Shown here piece by piece: positions 1-8,314 of a stretch of 64,000 nucleotides of DNA. Under the pieces are notes generated by a model. It worked only from the letters and a program-made list of their open reading frames with translations. It searched no databases and was not told the DNA's origin. The translations under genes were made by a program, and so were the position numbers. Source of the DNA: an uncultured virus (IMG/VR IMGVR_UViG_3300020469_000013) (Duplodnaviria; Heunggongvirae; Uroviricota; Caudoviricetes; Kyanoviridae); the IMG/VR virus record IMGVR_UViG_3300020469_000013; one strand, written 5' to 3'. Every line of letters starts with the position of its first letter. Positions within the stretch are counted from its first letter, which is position 1.

Positions 1-2
1 TT

Positions 3-263
3 AAAGATGTTGCTAGGGCAATCTGTTATTTAATGTCTAGTACATATACTGGACATATAGATGTTGGAACAGGTGAGACTACAACAGTCAAGGAATTGGC
101 AGAAGGATTTGGGTATATGAACCTACCAGTCAAAGAAAATACACCAGGCGAAAGAGACATTACATGTGCCGACACTACTGCCTTGCGTAGTCTGGGTTGG
201 TTTCCTAGAGAAAAAGTGTTAGAATGTATTCCTGAGGGAAAACCGAACTCTTTTTTCAGATAA
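3..263 (+). CDS. NAD-dependent nucleotide-sugar epimerase/dehydratase, C-terminal part (truncated by window start)
   Basis: Frame is open from position 3 (KDVARAICYLM...IDVGTGETTTVKELA...PGERDITCADTTALRSLGWFP), typical of extended-SDR epimerase C-termini. Confidence 0.75.
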   Translation, partial: KDVARAICYLMSSTYTGHIDVGTGETTTVKELAEGFGYMNLPVKENTPGERDITCADTTALRSLGWFPREKVLECIPEGKPNSFFR

Positions 264-311
264 TCGGGAAAAAAAACTCCGCAAATTTTTTGATCCACAG
301 GATTTTGTAAA

Positions 312-479
312 ATGCTTTCAACAAAACAAAGAGTCAGACTTATTGATATTTGCGTTGAAATCGTAAATGGGAGAACTGTTCCTTTAGATGATATGATTTG
401 GGCAGAGAAATTAGCAAAATATAACAATCACGCATACAAAATGCTCAAAGAATCAAGGGACAATATTAAACCTTTATAA
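312..479 (+). CDS. Small hypothetical protein (55 aa), paralogue of the N-terminus of ORF 8315..8614
   Basis: Hand translation MLSTKQRVRLIDICVEIVNGRTVPLDDMIWAEKLAKYN... shares MLST..R.RL..IC..I..G..V.LDDMIWAEKL with 8315..8614. Confidence 0.75.
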   Translation: MLSTKQRVRLIDICVEIVNGRTVPLDDMIWAEKLAKYNNHAYKMLKESRDNIKPL

Positions 480-482
480 AAC

Positions 483-498
483 TGTATCATAAATTACA
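483..498 (+). promoter_or_regulatory. Putative NtcA binding site
   Basis: TGTATCATAAATTACA matches the NtcA consensus tGTA-N8-TACa, just upstream of a sigma70-like promoter. Confidence 0.6.
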
Positions 499-505
499 AA
501 AGTGG

Positions 506-534
506 TTGCATATATACTTAAAGTATGTTAGTAT
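506..534 (+). promoter_or_regulatory. Sigma70-like promoter
   Basis: TTGCAT (506-511), 17 nt, TAGTAT (529-534) with TGn extension; places the start just before the riboswitch. Confidence 0.55.
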
Positions 535-544
535 TAGCATACAG

Positions 545-779
545 CGTTCATCCCCTTAGGGGACGCAAGTAAGTCGCGGAACGGAGCGTTCATCCTTGTA
601 TCACATCCTGCTCAGTCTAATAGCTATCGGTGCTCCACTTGATTGTGAACACACTGCTGAACTATTAGAAAATGTCGCTAAGAATCCTAATAAAACCGAG
701 AGATTGGAATTAACTAGGGTTATTATTGCACACACTGATCCAGCATGTTTTCCAAAGACGAAAACGACTGAAGGAACGG
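545..779 (+). ncRNA. Tandem glutamine riboswitch (glnA / Downstream-peptide class)
   Basis: Two CGTTCATC 5' strands (545, 587) and two GGAACG 3' strands (ending 583 and 778); GACGCAAGTA and GACG..CGACTGAAGGAACGG hallmarks; lies upstream of a DUF4278-type peptide. Confidence 0.75.
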
Positions 780-784
780 TCTAA
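596..784 (+). CDS. Hypothetical protein (62 aa, hydrophobic N-terminus, two Cys) nested in the second riboswitch aptamer
   Basis: TTG start with GGAG 9 nt upstream; ORF track. Confidence 0.55.
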   Translation: MYHILLSLIAIGAPLDCEHTAELLENVAKNPNKTERLELTRVIIAHTDPACFPKTKTTEGTV

Positions 785-812
785 ACAACCTAATCCTACA
801 GGAGAAACCCAA

Positions 813-935
813 ATGGCACAAGTCACATACCGTGGTATTAAGTACAATACCAACGATAAGAAGCAAACTAATTCTAACAAGGTTCAAGAAACCTATAGAG
901 GAATCAAGTTTGAAAAAGAAGTTGTTACTGCATAG
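813..935 (+). CDS. DUF4278-family small protein (Downstream peptide)
   Basis: MAQVTYRGIKY...ETYRGIKF, two TYRG repeats typical of DUF4278; SD GGAG at 801-804. Confidence 0.85.
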   Translation: MAQVTYRGIKYNTNDKKQTNSNKVQETYRGIKFEKEVVTA

Positions 936-955
936 TATCAATTTCTAATTGATCT

Positions 956-984
956 AAAAGAGGGTTACTTACACCCTCTTTTTT
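956..984 (+). terminator. Rho-independent terminator
   Basis: AAAAGAGGGT-loop-ACCCTCTTTTTT hairpin plus U-tract. Confidence 0.8.
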
Positions 985-1005
985 ATATAAATTATACTAA
1001 AAGCT

Positions 1006-1236
1006 ATGGATCGCCAAGTTTTAAAAGGCATGGTATTAATGCTAAAACAAGTTCTATCAGAACTAGAAGCTGAAGTTTATTCCGATAAGGAAGCGTATGC
1101 TAAAGCTTCTGAAATAGATGCTGATAGATTTGACATGTATGGTTCATCACAGGCAGAAGATGCATTTTCTACTGTAGTAAAACCTAAATCACAAGATTAT
1201 GAACTCTACGATGAAGATGATGGATACCCAGATTAG
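1006..1236 (+). CDS. Hypothetical acidic protein
   Basis: ORF track; ends YDEDDGYPD, cyanophage-type small ORF upstream of thyX. Confidence 0.7.
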   Translation: MDRQVLKGMVLMLKQVLSELEAEVYSDKEAYAKASEIDADRFDMYGSSQAEDAFSTVVKPKSQDYELYDEDDGYPD

Positions 1237-1414
1237 AGATCAAACTCTAAAGTTGCTCCTTAAGTATTTTGGCAACACTCATACAAATCGTGCGATTTAT
1301 GAGTGTGCTGATGATTGGTCGTCCAAGCAAAAAACCACTAGCGGATTAGTGTCGTATTTTAAAGCGTATTACGGACAGCATGAAAGACAAGAAGGCAGCA
1401 AAGAAACTGATTAA
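1199..1414 (+). CDS. Hypothetical protein (true start probably 1217 or 1220)
   Basis: ORF track; fits tightly packed operon. Confidence 0.55.
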   Translation: MNSTMKMMDTQIRDQTLKLLLKYFGNTHTNRAIYECADDWSSKQKTTSGLVSYFKAYYGQHERQEGSKETD

Positions 1415-1640
1415 AAGAGCAAAACACCATCTTGACTGGTATACACCAGAAGATGTAAAGTATGCTAAAATGATGAGAAAGCAACTAGAGTATGAATGTA
1501 AAATTAATCCAGACGACCCCAGATGCCGAGAAATTAATGGGGTACATAGCGAGAGTAAGCAATCCAAAAAATCAGGAAAATCCAGAAGTCGCTGGATTGC
1601 TAAAATATTGCATAAAGCACGGTCATTGGTCGGTCTTTGA
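1380..1640 (+). CDS. Hypothetical basic protein; 3' part overlaps thyX
   Basis: MKDKKAAKKLIKRAK...WYTPEDVKYAK; 3' end uncertain. Confidence 0.5.
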   Translation: MKDKKAAKKLIKRAKHHLDWYTPEDVKYAKMMRKQLEYECKINPDDPRCREINGVHSESKQSKKSGKSRSRWIAKILHKARSLVGL

Positions 1641-2124
1641 GCAAGCATTTATGACGGTAGAGATTGAAACTACCAGAGGTCTTGCTGCTCAGATATTGCG
1701 TCATAGATCATTTACCTTTCAAGAATTTAGTCAAAGATACGCTAATACGACTCACTTAGGTAATATACCCTTACCAGAACTTCGTAGACAAGATAATAAA
1801 AATAGACAGAATAGTATTGATGATATTGACGATGAGCAAGTTAAGTTTCTTAAAAAAGAAATAGCACTGCATTTTGCTGCAGCAAAGGATTTATACAATG
1901 AACTAATTCGTCAAGGAGTCGCCAAGGAGTGTGCTCGTTTTGTATTACCCTTAGCAACCCCTACTAAACTCTATATGACAGGTTCCTGTCGCTCTTGGGT
2001 GCATTACATCGACCTTAGGAGTGGACATGGTACACAAAAGGAACATATGGACATTGCAAATGAAATTAAAGATATATTTTCTCAACAATTCCCTATTGTT
2101 GCTGAAGCATTAAGTTGGTCATGA
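1492..2124 (+). CDS. thyX: FAD-dependent thymidylate synthase
   Basis: HWSVFEQ, RHRSFTFQEFSQRY (ThyX RHRX7S motif), ECARFVLP. Confidence 0.95.
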   Translation: MNVKLIQTTPDAEKLMGYIARVSNPKNQENPEVAGLLKYCIKHGHWSVFEQAFMTVEIETTRGLAAQILRHRSFTFQEFSQRYANTTHLGNIPLPELRRQDNKNRQNSIDDIDDEQVKFLKKEIALHFAAAKDLYNELIRQGVAKECARFVLPLATPTKLYMTGSCRSWVHYIDLRSGHGTQKEHMDIANEIKDIFSQQFPIVAEALSWS

Positions 2125-2765
2125 CAAGAGGAATTCGTTTTGTTAGTGAATCTCCAGAAACTGTTTTTGCACCAGTTTGGGATTATAGTATTGCTATTAA
2201 ACCAATTGTTATTAATACAGAAGATATTGCTAAAATAGTATTACAAAAAGAGAAAGAAATAATAGATAAGTACTCTGGAGATGATGATGGCAATACAGGA
2301 TTGGGTGTAGATAGTCTAACTGCTAGATTTAAACACTATAATGTGCTAAAATGGCAGGAAGTTGTTATAGCACAATTACATCAAGAAATTCGTATTTTTC
2401 ATGATGAATATTTTGCTCAGGTAATTGGTTCTGAACCACCACCTCTAAAAGTTCGATGTTGGGCAAATGTAATGCGTAAAGGTCAACAGATCAAAAAGCA
2501 TACACATTCCACACATCCACACTCTTATCTTGGTGGACACTTCTGTGTAACTGCTGAGAATACTTCAACTTCGTATATGCATCCATATACTCAAGAAGAT
2601 TATGTTGTAGAGAATAAACCTGGTGAAATTACATTGTTTCCCAACTATTTGACACACTATACATCTGTTCATGAATCAGATGTTCCTAGAATCAGTATTG
2701 CATTTGATCTAGTGACATATAAGAATCTAGTTCATGTGGATGATGACAATCTTGTCATACTCTAA
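2115..2765 (+). CDS. Putative 2OG-Fe(II) oxygenase (TIGR02466-like)
   Basis: WANV...HTH...YLGGHF...PGEITLFPNYLTHY...RISIAFD. Confidence 0.75.
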   Translation: MVMTRGIRFVSESPETVFAPVWDYSIAIKPIVINTEDIAKIVLQKEKEIIDKYSGDDDGNTGLGVDSLTARFKHYNVLKWQEVVIAQLHQEIRIFHDEYFAQVIGSEPPPLKVRCWANVMRKGQQIKKHTHSTHPHSYLGGHFCVTAENTSTSYMHPYTQEDYVVENKPGEITLFPNYLTHYTSVHESDVPRISIAFDLVTYKNLVHVDDDNLVIL

Positions 2766-2788
2766 ATAACTATCCTATGTAAACTTTT

Positions 2789-3043
2789 ATGGCTACCTAT
2801 CCTGTAATTAACAAAGAGACTGGCGAACAGAAAGAAGTTGTGATGAGTGTTCATGACTGGACTAAATGGACAGAAGATAATCCAGATTGGTTGAGAGATT
2901 ATTCTGACCCATCAACAATGCCTGGTGTAGGAGAAGTCGGTGAGTGGAAAGACAAACTAAGAAAGAATAAACCTGGTTGGAATGAGATCCTAGGGAGAGC
3001 ACAAAAAACAGGTCAAAATCGTCAAAAACTAACACTCGACTAA
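2789..3043 (+). CDS. Conserved cyanophage hypothetical protein
   Basis: MATYPVINKETGEQKEV...GEVGEWKDKL..PGWNEIL; usual neighbour of phoH. Confidence 0.75.
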   Translation: MATYPVINKETGEQKEVVMSVHDWTKWTEDNPDWLRDYSDPSTMPGVGEVGEWKDKLRKNKPGWNEILGRAQKTGQNRQKLTLD

Positions 3044-3044
3044 T

Positions 3045-3818
3045 ATGACAACTAAAAAAAGAAGGAATACTAATAGTCAACATCGTGATAATAAAGTTGG
3101 TGCTGGTTTGACTGCCAAACAAATGAGAAGGAAAAAACCTATTAACCATGACCTTCTTGTCAATATTGAACCCCTAACACCTAATCAGGAAATACTCTTT
3201 AATGATTATGCTAGAGGTAAAAATATCTTTACTTATGGTGCAGCAGGAACTGGTAAAACTTTTATCGTTTTATACAATGCTCTTAAGGATGTATTAAGCG
3301 ACATGACACCATATACTAAGGTGTATATTGTCCGTAGTCTTGTATCCACAAGAGAGATTGGTTTCCTACCAGGTGACCATGAAGACAAATCATTCCTTTA
3401 TCAGATTCCTTATAAGAATATGGTAAAGTATATGTTTAAGATGCCTACAGATCAAGATTTTGAAATGTTATATGGCAATCTTAAACAGCAAGAAACTATT
3501 TCGTTCTGGTCTACCTCATTTCTTAGAGGAACTACCTTTGATGATGCGATTATCATCATAGATGAATGCCAAAACTTGAATTTTCACGAATTAGATAGTA
3601 TAATAACAAGAGTGGGTGAAAACTGTAGAATTCATTTCTGTGGTGACGCTGCACAAACTGACCTTATAAAACAGAATGAAAAGAATGGAATCCTTGATTT
3701 CATGAAAATTCTTGAACAAATGGAGTCTTTCTCTATGATTGAATTCACTGTTGATGACATTGTTCGTTCTGGACTTTGTAAGGAATACTTGAAGACTAAA
3801 TTAGCACTTGGAATGTAA
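3045..3818 (+). CDS. phoH: PhoH-family ATPase
   Basis: GAAGTGKT Walker A, EIGFLPG, FLRGTTF, IIDECQN, TRVG, GD..QTDL. Confidence 0.95.
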   Translation: MTTKKRRNTNSQHRDNKVGAGLTAKQMRRKKPINHDLLVNIEPLTPNQEILFNDYARGKNIFTYGAAGTGKTFIVLYNALKDVLSDMTPYTKVYIVRSLVSTREIGFLPGDHEDKSFLYQIPYKNMVKYMFKMPTDQDFEMLYGNLKQQETISFWSTSFLRGTTFDDAIIIIDECQNLNFHELDSIITRVGENCRIHFCGDAAQTDLIKQNEKNGILDFMKILEQMESFSMIEFTVDDIVRSGLCKEYLKTKLALGM

Positions 3819-4498
3819 TGTTTAATCATGTACCTGTGATACTTCCTCCATTAGAGAGGGAAACTGTTGATGGCGTTCGATATTATCAAGTTCCTGATAA
3901 TGACGAACTATTAAAATTAGTTTCTATAACCTCAGTAACTTCGTTCTATAATAGAGCAAAGTTTGCTTCTTGGAGAAAAAAGATTGGTGAAGAAAAAGCT
4001 AATGAGATTACTGCGAAAGCAACATCTCGTGGTACTGACACTCACACTGTGATAGAGCATTATCTCCTCAATGAGGAAACTCTACCAGAAGTTCAACCAA
4101 TATCAGATTTTCTTTTCAAGATAGCAAAACCAGAACTGAATAAAATTGACAATATTCATGCATTAGAAGGTTCTCTCTTTAGTAAGAATTTGGGTGTTGC
4201 AGGTACAGTTGATTGTATAGCAGAGCATGATGGTGAATTAGCAGTCATTGACTTTAAGACTTCTAAAGCACCTAAACCAAGAAAATGGATTGAGGGTTAT
4301 TTTGTTCAAGCAATGGCATATGCTGCTATGTACTATGAACAGACTGGCAAAATTGCTAAAAAACTTGTTATAATAATGACATGTGAAGATGGAACTTGTA
4401 AAGTATATGAAGAGCGTAACAAGAAGAAATATATGAAACTACTCGTACATTACATTAGAAACTTTTTAGACTTTCAACTACAATTAAATGGAAAATGA
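3818..4498 (+). CDS. PD-(D/E)XK exonuclease
   Basis: SITSV, RGTDTH, AGTVDCIAE..IDFKTS, QAMAYA motifs. Confidence 0.85.
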   Translation: MFNHVPVILPPLERETVDGVRYYQVPDNDELLKLVSITSVTSFYNRAKFASWRKKIGEEKANEITAKATSRGTDTHTVIEHYLLNEETLPEVQPISDFLFKIAKPELNKIDNIHALEGSLFSKNLGVAGTVDCIAEHDGELAVIDFKTSKAPKPRKWIEGYFVQAMAYAAMYYEQTGKIAKKLVIIMTCEDGTCKVYEERNKKKYMKLLVHYIRNFLDFQLQLNGK

Positions 4499-4742
4499 AC
4501 TAACCAAAGCATTAGATAAAAAATTCATGAATGCTGCTAAGTTTTCTCTTGAAGTAGAGAAACTAGTATTGGAAGAAAAAGTAAATTATATCGATGCTAT
4601 AGTTCTATTCTGTGACAAAAATAGCATTGAAGTTGACTCTGTTACTAAATTAATTTCTAAACCATTAAAGGAGAAATTAAAGGCAGACGCTATTAATCTG
4701 AACTTCATGAAAAAGACCACTCGTGCTAAACTACCCTTATAA
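4488..4742 (+). CDS. gp33: Late promoter transcription co-activator gp33
   Basis: FSLEVE..V....YIDAIV.FC....E..SV.KLISKPLKEKLK..A..LNF. Confidence 0.9.
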   Translation: MENELTKALDKKFMNAAKFSLEVEKLVLEEKVNYIDAIVLFCDKNSIEVDSVTKLISKPLKEKLKADAINLNFMKKTTRAKLPL

Positions 4743-4745
4743 ATA
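4738..4745 (+). promoter_or_regulatory. T4-type late promoter
   Basis: TATAAATA overlapping the gp33 stop codon. Confidence 0.6.
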
Positions 4746-4753
4746 CTAGTATT

Positions 4754-5083
4754 ATGTCTGATTTCTTTGCGTCAGAGCAAGTTCAAGAATCTATAAATGA
4801 GATCAATAGAATGCAAGAAGAGATCTATGCAAAGATCTTCGCATTTGAGAAATTGTCTCATAAAGAGAAGATGGAACATGTTGATCAGTTGGAGACACTT
4901 TTAGATAAGCAAAGAAATTTTTACATGAGATTAAAACTATCGGATGATCCTCGTGCTAAAGATATGATGGAACAAATTCATCAGTCTGCACAATTAGTAG
5001 GTTTTCCTAAAGATGTTAATCCAGATCTCTTGTTTAAAAACATGCAAGAGACTCTTTCAAACCTTCGCAAGAATTTTGGTTGA
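4754..5083 (+). CDS. DUF1825-like protein
   Basis: FF.SE.VQ...L..LL.KQR.FY.RL.LSDDP.A. Confidence 0.75.
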   Translation: MSDFFASEQVQESINEINRMQEEIYAKIFAFEKLSHKEKMEHVDQLETLLDKQRNFYMRLKLSDDPRAKDMMEQIHQSAQLVGFPKDVNPDLLFKNMQETLSNLRKNFG

Positions 5084-5108
5084 CATGGGAGCACTGTCGC
5101 CCTATAAT
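5080..5108 (+). promoter_or_regulatory. Consensus sigma70 promoter for gp32
   Basis: TTGACA, 17 nt, TATAAT. Confidence 0.85.
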
Positions 5109-5148
5109 AGACCAGTACACAAGCCAAATCTAACAAAAAGCCAAATCT

Positions 5149-6033
5149 ATGTCTTTTGCATCACTTAAAAAGCAATCATCCCTCGGTTCTCTAACAGCAA
5201 AACTTGTTAAAGAAGTCGAGAAGACCAATAAAACAGGTAACGGTGCCGATGAGCGTCTTTGGAAACCAGAGGTTGACAAAGCAGGTAACGGTTACGCAGT
5301 TATTCGTTTTCTTCCTGCACCAGATAAGGAAGATCTTCCTTGGGCAAAACTGTATTCACATGCATTTCAAGGTCCAGGTGGATGGTACATTGAAAATTCT
5401 TTAACCACTGTTGGTGGTAAAGATCCTGTTTCAGAATATAACACTGAATTGTGGAATTCTGGCACTGACGCTAACAAGCAAATTGCTCGTACCCAAAAGC
5501 GTAAGTTATCATATTTTACTAACATCTATGTTGTGAAGGATCCTTCCAACCCAGATAATGAAGGAAAAGTTTTCCTTTATAAGTTTGGTAAGAAAATCTT
5601 TGACAAGATCATGGGTGCAATGCAACCTGAGTTTGAGGATGAGTCACCAATCAATCCTTTTGACTTCTGGCAAGGTGCTAACTTCAAAGTTAAGATTAAG
5701 AAAGTCGCAGGATACTGGAACTATGATAGTTCTGAATTCGCTGCTCCTTCTGCTCTTCTCGATGATGATAAAGCATTGGAAGATCTTTGGAAGACGGAAT
5801 ACTCACTCGCTGAGATTACCGATGCCTCTCAGTTCAAAACTTATGATGAACTGAAAAAGAGGTTTGATTATGTCCTTGGTAATAAGAAATCAACTGTAAG
5901 TCAAGCATTTGACGAAGAAGTTGCATCTGAGGAATTGCCACCAAGACCCGAAGAAGAGGTAGCCACTAACATTGGTTCTTCTGATGAAGGCGATGAAGCA
6001 CTTTCATACTTCCAGCGTTTAGCTGAAGAGTAA
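5149..6033 (+). CDS. gp32: Single-stranded DNA-binding protein gp32
   Basis: DERLWKP..DKAGNGYAVIRFLPA, HAFQGPGGWYIENSLTT, acidic C-tail. Confidence 0.95.
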   Translation: MSFASLKKQSSLGSLTAKLVKEVEKTNKTGNGADERLWKPEVDKAGNGYAVIRFLPAPDKEDLPWAKLYSHAFQGPGGWYIENSLTTVGGKDPVSEYNTELWNSGTDANKQIARTQKRKLSYFTNIYVVKDPSNPDNEGKVFLYKFGKKIFDKIMGAMQPEFEDESPINPFDFWQGANFKVKIKKVAGYWNYDSSEFAAPSALLDDDKALEDLWKTEYSLAEITDASQFKTYDELKKRFDYVLGNKKSTVSQAFDEEVASEELPPRPEEEVATNIGSSDEGDEALSYFQRLAEE

Positions 6034-6035
6034 CA

Positions 6036-6070
6036 TATAAATAAAGGAGAGGTAGATCCTCTCCTTTTTT
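6036..6070 (+). terminator. Late promoter TATAAATA abutting a rho-independent terminator
   Basis: TATAAATA 6036-6043; AAAGGAGAGG-TAGAT-CCTCTCCTTTTTT. Confidence 0.75.
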
Positions 6071-6088
6071 GTTTTAACGATTAATTTA

Positions 6089-6247
6089 ATGTCTTATTCA
6101 GCAAATAGGTATGCAGTAACCTTTAATTTGGGTTCTGACACCAAAAAAGTAGAAATGTATGCGGAAGATGATACAAAGGCAAGAGCCAGAGTACTTCAAC
6201 TATTTCCAGACGCAACAAGTATAGTACCATCTACTCTAACTGACTAA
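6089..6247 (+). CDS. Small hypothetical protein (52 aa)
   Basis: Hand translation MSYSANRYAVTFNLGSDTKKVEMYAEDDTKARARVLQLFPDATSIVPSTLTD. Confidence 0.6.
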   Translation: MSYSANRYAVTFNLGSDTKKVEMYAEDDTKARARVLQLFPDATSIVPSTLTD

Positions 6248-6249
6248 TC

Positions 6250-6654
6250 ATGGCAAGAGATAAGGTCATTGTCTACAATGGATCTGATGGTTTCTGTCGT
6301 GTAGTTATTCCATCGGAACAATGTGTTTTGTCTGACGAAGACATTATCGCAAAAGATATTAGTGCGAGTGAATATTCATTGGTGGATAATAGTTCCTTAC
6401 CTTCAAAGTATTGGAGAAATGCATGGAAATATAACCACAGTTCAAAGGCAGTCGAAGTGGATATGACATCTGCTAAGACTTTATGCCAAGAAGAATTGGA
6501 AGCAAAATATATTTCTATAGCAAAAGAAAATTCAGATATACAGACAATAGCAGACATGAAGGGAGAATCTGCATCTCTTAAATCCAACCCTGCAGTTCCA
6601 TATTCAAGTATTACATCAGCAACTACAGTTTCTGACTTAGATGCTTTAATTTAA
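6250..6654 (+). CDS. Hypothetical protein, possibly tail-fibre-assembly type
   Basis: IIAKDI...LPSKYWRNAW..VEVDM..AK pattern. Confidence 0.6.
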   Translation: MARDKVIVYNGSDGFCRVVIPSEQCVLSDEDIIAKDISASEYSLVDNSSLPSKYWRNAWKYNHSSKAVEVDMTSAKTLCQEELEAKYISIAKENSDIQTIADMKGESASLKSNPAVPYSSITSATTVSDLDALI

Positions 6655-7295
6655 GCAAGATTGTTAGAAGCAACTTTACCAGTACTTCTTGTATATTGTG
6701 AAGAACTCTGATATTGCATTAAATTCTTAGTATCATTAACGAGTGTTGATAGGTATTCTCTTTTGATTACCTTGATCGCTCTTTTTTTATCGTTTTTTCT
6801 TGTCTCTACTAACCAGTTACTTACAGCAACAGTTGGGTTAAGTGTTAAATTATAATTGTCTGGATCTTGAATAGTAAAATCTGAATCGACTACTAATTTA
6901 CCAGGTAATATTAATCTATCTTCACTGTCTTTAACTTCTTTAGTTTCATAGTGATGAACTGCATTTAGGTTTTCTCCGTACTTTTCATTAGCAATATCCC
7001 ATAAAAGACCCTCTGATATTGGCCATTCATTTTCTACATTGACAATATTAGCAGATAATAGAACTACCCAGTCATACTTTGCACTTGCATATAATCCTTC
7101 TGCTATGCTATCTGGTCTTTCTCCATCTTCTATCATATAGTCATTAAAATTCAAAGCAAACTGAAATACATCACTTTTCAGTCTTATTCTCTTAAATATA
7201 TTTTTAACTTCAATATATTGATCCCTCTTTCCACCTTCTTTGAGTGGACTGAGGTATTTGAAGTTTGGTAATAGGTTAAAGTAAGCTATTGACAT
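6651..7295 (-). CDS. gp53: Baseplate wedge subunit gp53
   Basis: YF..LPN..Y, GERPDSIA..LY....DWVVLLSANIVN..EWP, HHYET. Confidence 0.9.
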   Translation of the reverse strand: MSIAYFNLLPNFKYLSPLKEGGKRDQYIEVKNIFKRIRLKSDVFQFALNFNDYMIEDGERPDSIAEGLYASAKYDWVVLLSANIVNVENEWPISEGLLWDIANEKYGENLNAVHHYETKEVKDSEDRLILPGKLVVDSDFTIQDPDNYNLTLNPTVAVSNWLVETRKNDKKRAIKVIKREYLSTLVNDTKNLMQYQSSSQYTRSTGKVASNNLA

Positions 7296-8278
7296 TAGAA
7301 ATCGATGTAAGACTCTTCATAATCTTCTCTGTATATTGGTTCTAACTCAGTAAATGCTAAATCCAAATTCATATGAACAGGTGTGCCATCTTCATATGTC
7401 GAGTACTGACCAGATCCAGTATAATTAACTCCTACAGAAGTTAAAGCACATATCTTAAATTTATTTAAGAAAGGATGAGCACTACCACCTTTTCTATAAG
7501 AAATTCTAAACACATCTGGACTTTCCAAAAATGCCATGTCACCTTTAACTCTTTTGGGTGCAGAACGCATTTTTAATTGCATAAACATTTCTTTGACTAC
7601 TTTAGATTCTTTAGTATCTCTAGGAGCTATATCCCATCTAAATCCAAAAGGTCTTAATGATACACTATTAAAGAGCAGTTCTAAGTTTTGATTTATGATC
7701 TGCCCAGAATTCCTTGCCATTATTTGATCGGCATTGATATTACTACCTGCTGCTGCATTTACTACTGCAGCTGCTGACTTCGCTTTTACAAAGTTTTTTA
7801 TGCGAGATGTATCGGAACCTACTGCTCTAAAATCACCTTCTATAGAATTAGCCAGAGCACCAGCACCAGCAGAAAAACTTTGAAATAAATTTTTCTGTGG
7901 ATCTTTAGTTGCTTCAGTAAGAAACTTATCAACACCACCAGCAGCAACTCCTGTCAATGCATTCATATTTCCACCTTGCCAACTTACATTATTCTTTGAA
8001 CCTATTCCATTAGGAACTGGAAGAATAAAATTTCTTTCTGATTGTGCTGCTTTAAGTTTATTAAATGTTCCTGCTCCACCAGCAAAACTAGGAGTTCCAC
8101 CTGATTTATATGCGAGTGCTTCTATTAAAAAATAGTCAGTATCAGCATCCATAATATCATATGGATACCTAAGTATGGAGTTATTTGCTTGACTAGAACT
8201 CCCTGTTCGAGATGATAAACCCTTAACAAGTGCTCCAGCTCCAAACTTTGCTGCTTTTTTTATGAAGCCTAAAGGCAT
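7295..8278 (-). CDS. gp48: Baseplate tail tube cap gp48
   Basis: LRYPYD, IINQNLELLFNSVSLRPFGF, CALTSVGVNYT, LAFTELEPIY. Confidence 0.85.
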   Translation of the reverse strand: MPLGFIKKAAKFGAGALVKGLSSRTGSSSQANNSILRYPYDIMDADTDYFLIEALAYKSGGTPSFAGGAGTFNKLKAAQSERNFILPVPNGIGSKNNVSWQGGNMNALTGVAAGGVDKFLTEATKDPQKNLFQSFSAGAGALANSIEGDFRAVGSDTSRIKNFVKAKSAAAVVNAAAGSNINADQIMARNSGQIINQNLELLFNSVSLRPFGFRWDIAPRDTKESKVVKEMFMQLKMRSAPKRVKGDMAFLESPDVFRISYRKGGSAHPFLNKFKICALTSVGVNYTGSGQYSTYEDGTPVHMNLDLAFTELEPIYREDYEESYIDF

Positions 8279-8297
8279 GACATATACTATTTTTACT

Positions 8298-8305
8298 TAT
8301 TTATA
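8298..8305 (-). promoter_or_regulatory. T4-type late promoter for gp48/gp53
   Basis: TATTTATA on + strand = TATAAATA on - strand; another copy at 8639-8646. Confidence 0.7.
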
Positions 8306-8314
8306 GAGGTACAC

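Noticed and set aside
295..304. CCACAGGATT shared with 50947-50956, both near A-tracts
   Set aside because: A single 10-mer match is expected by chance in 64 kb
726..812. ORF-track extension of the DUF4278 peptide from 726
   Set aside because: It runs through the riboswitch; the real start is more likely ATG 813 with a GGAG SD
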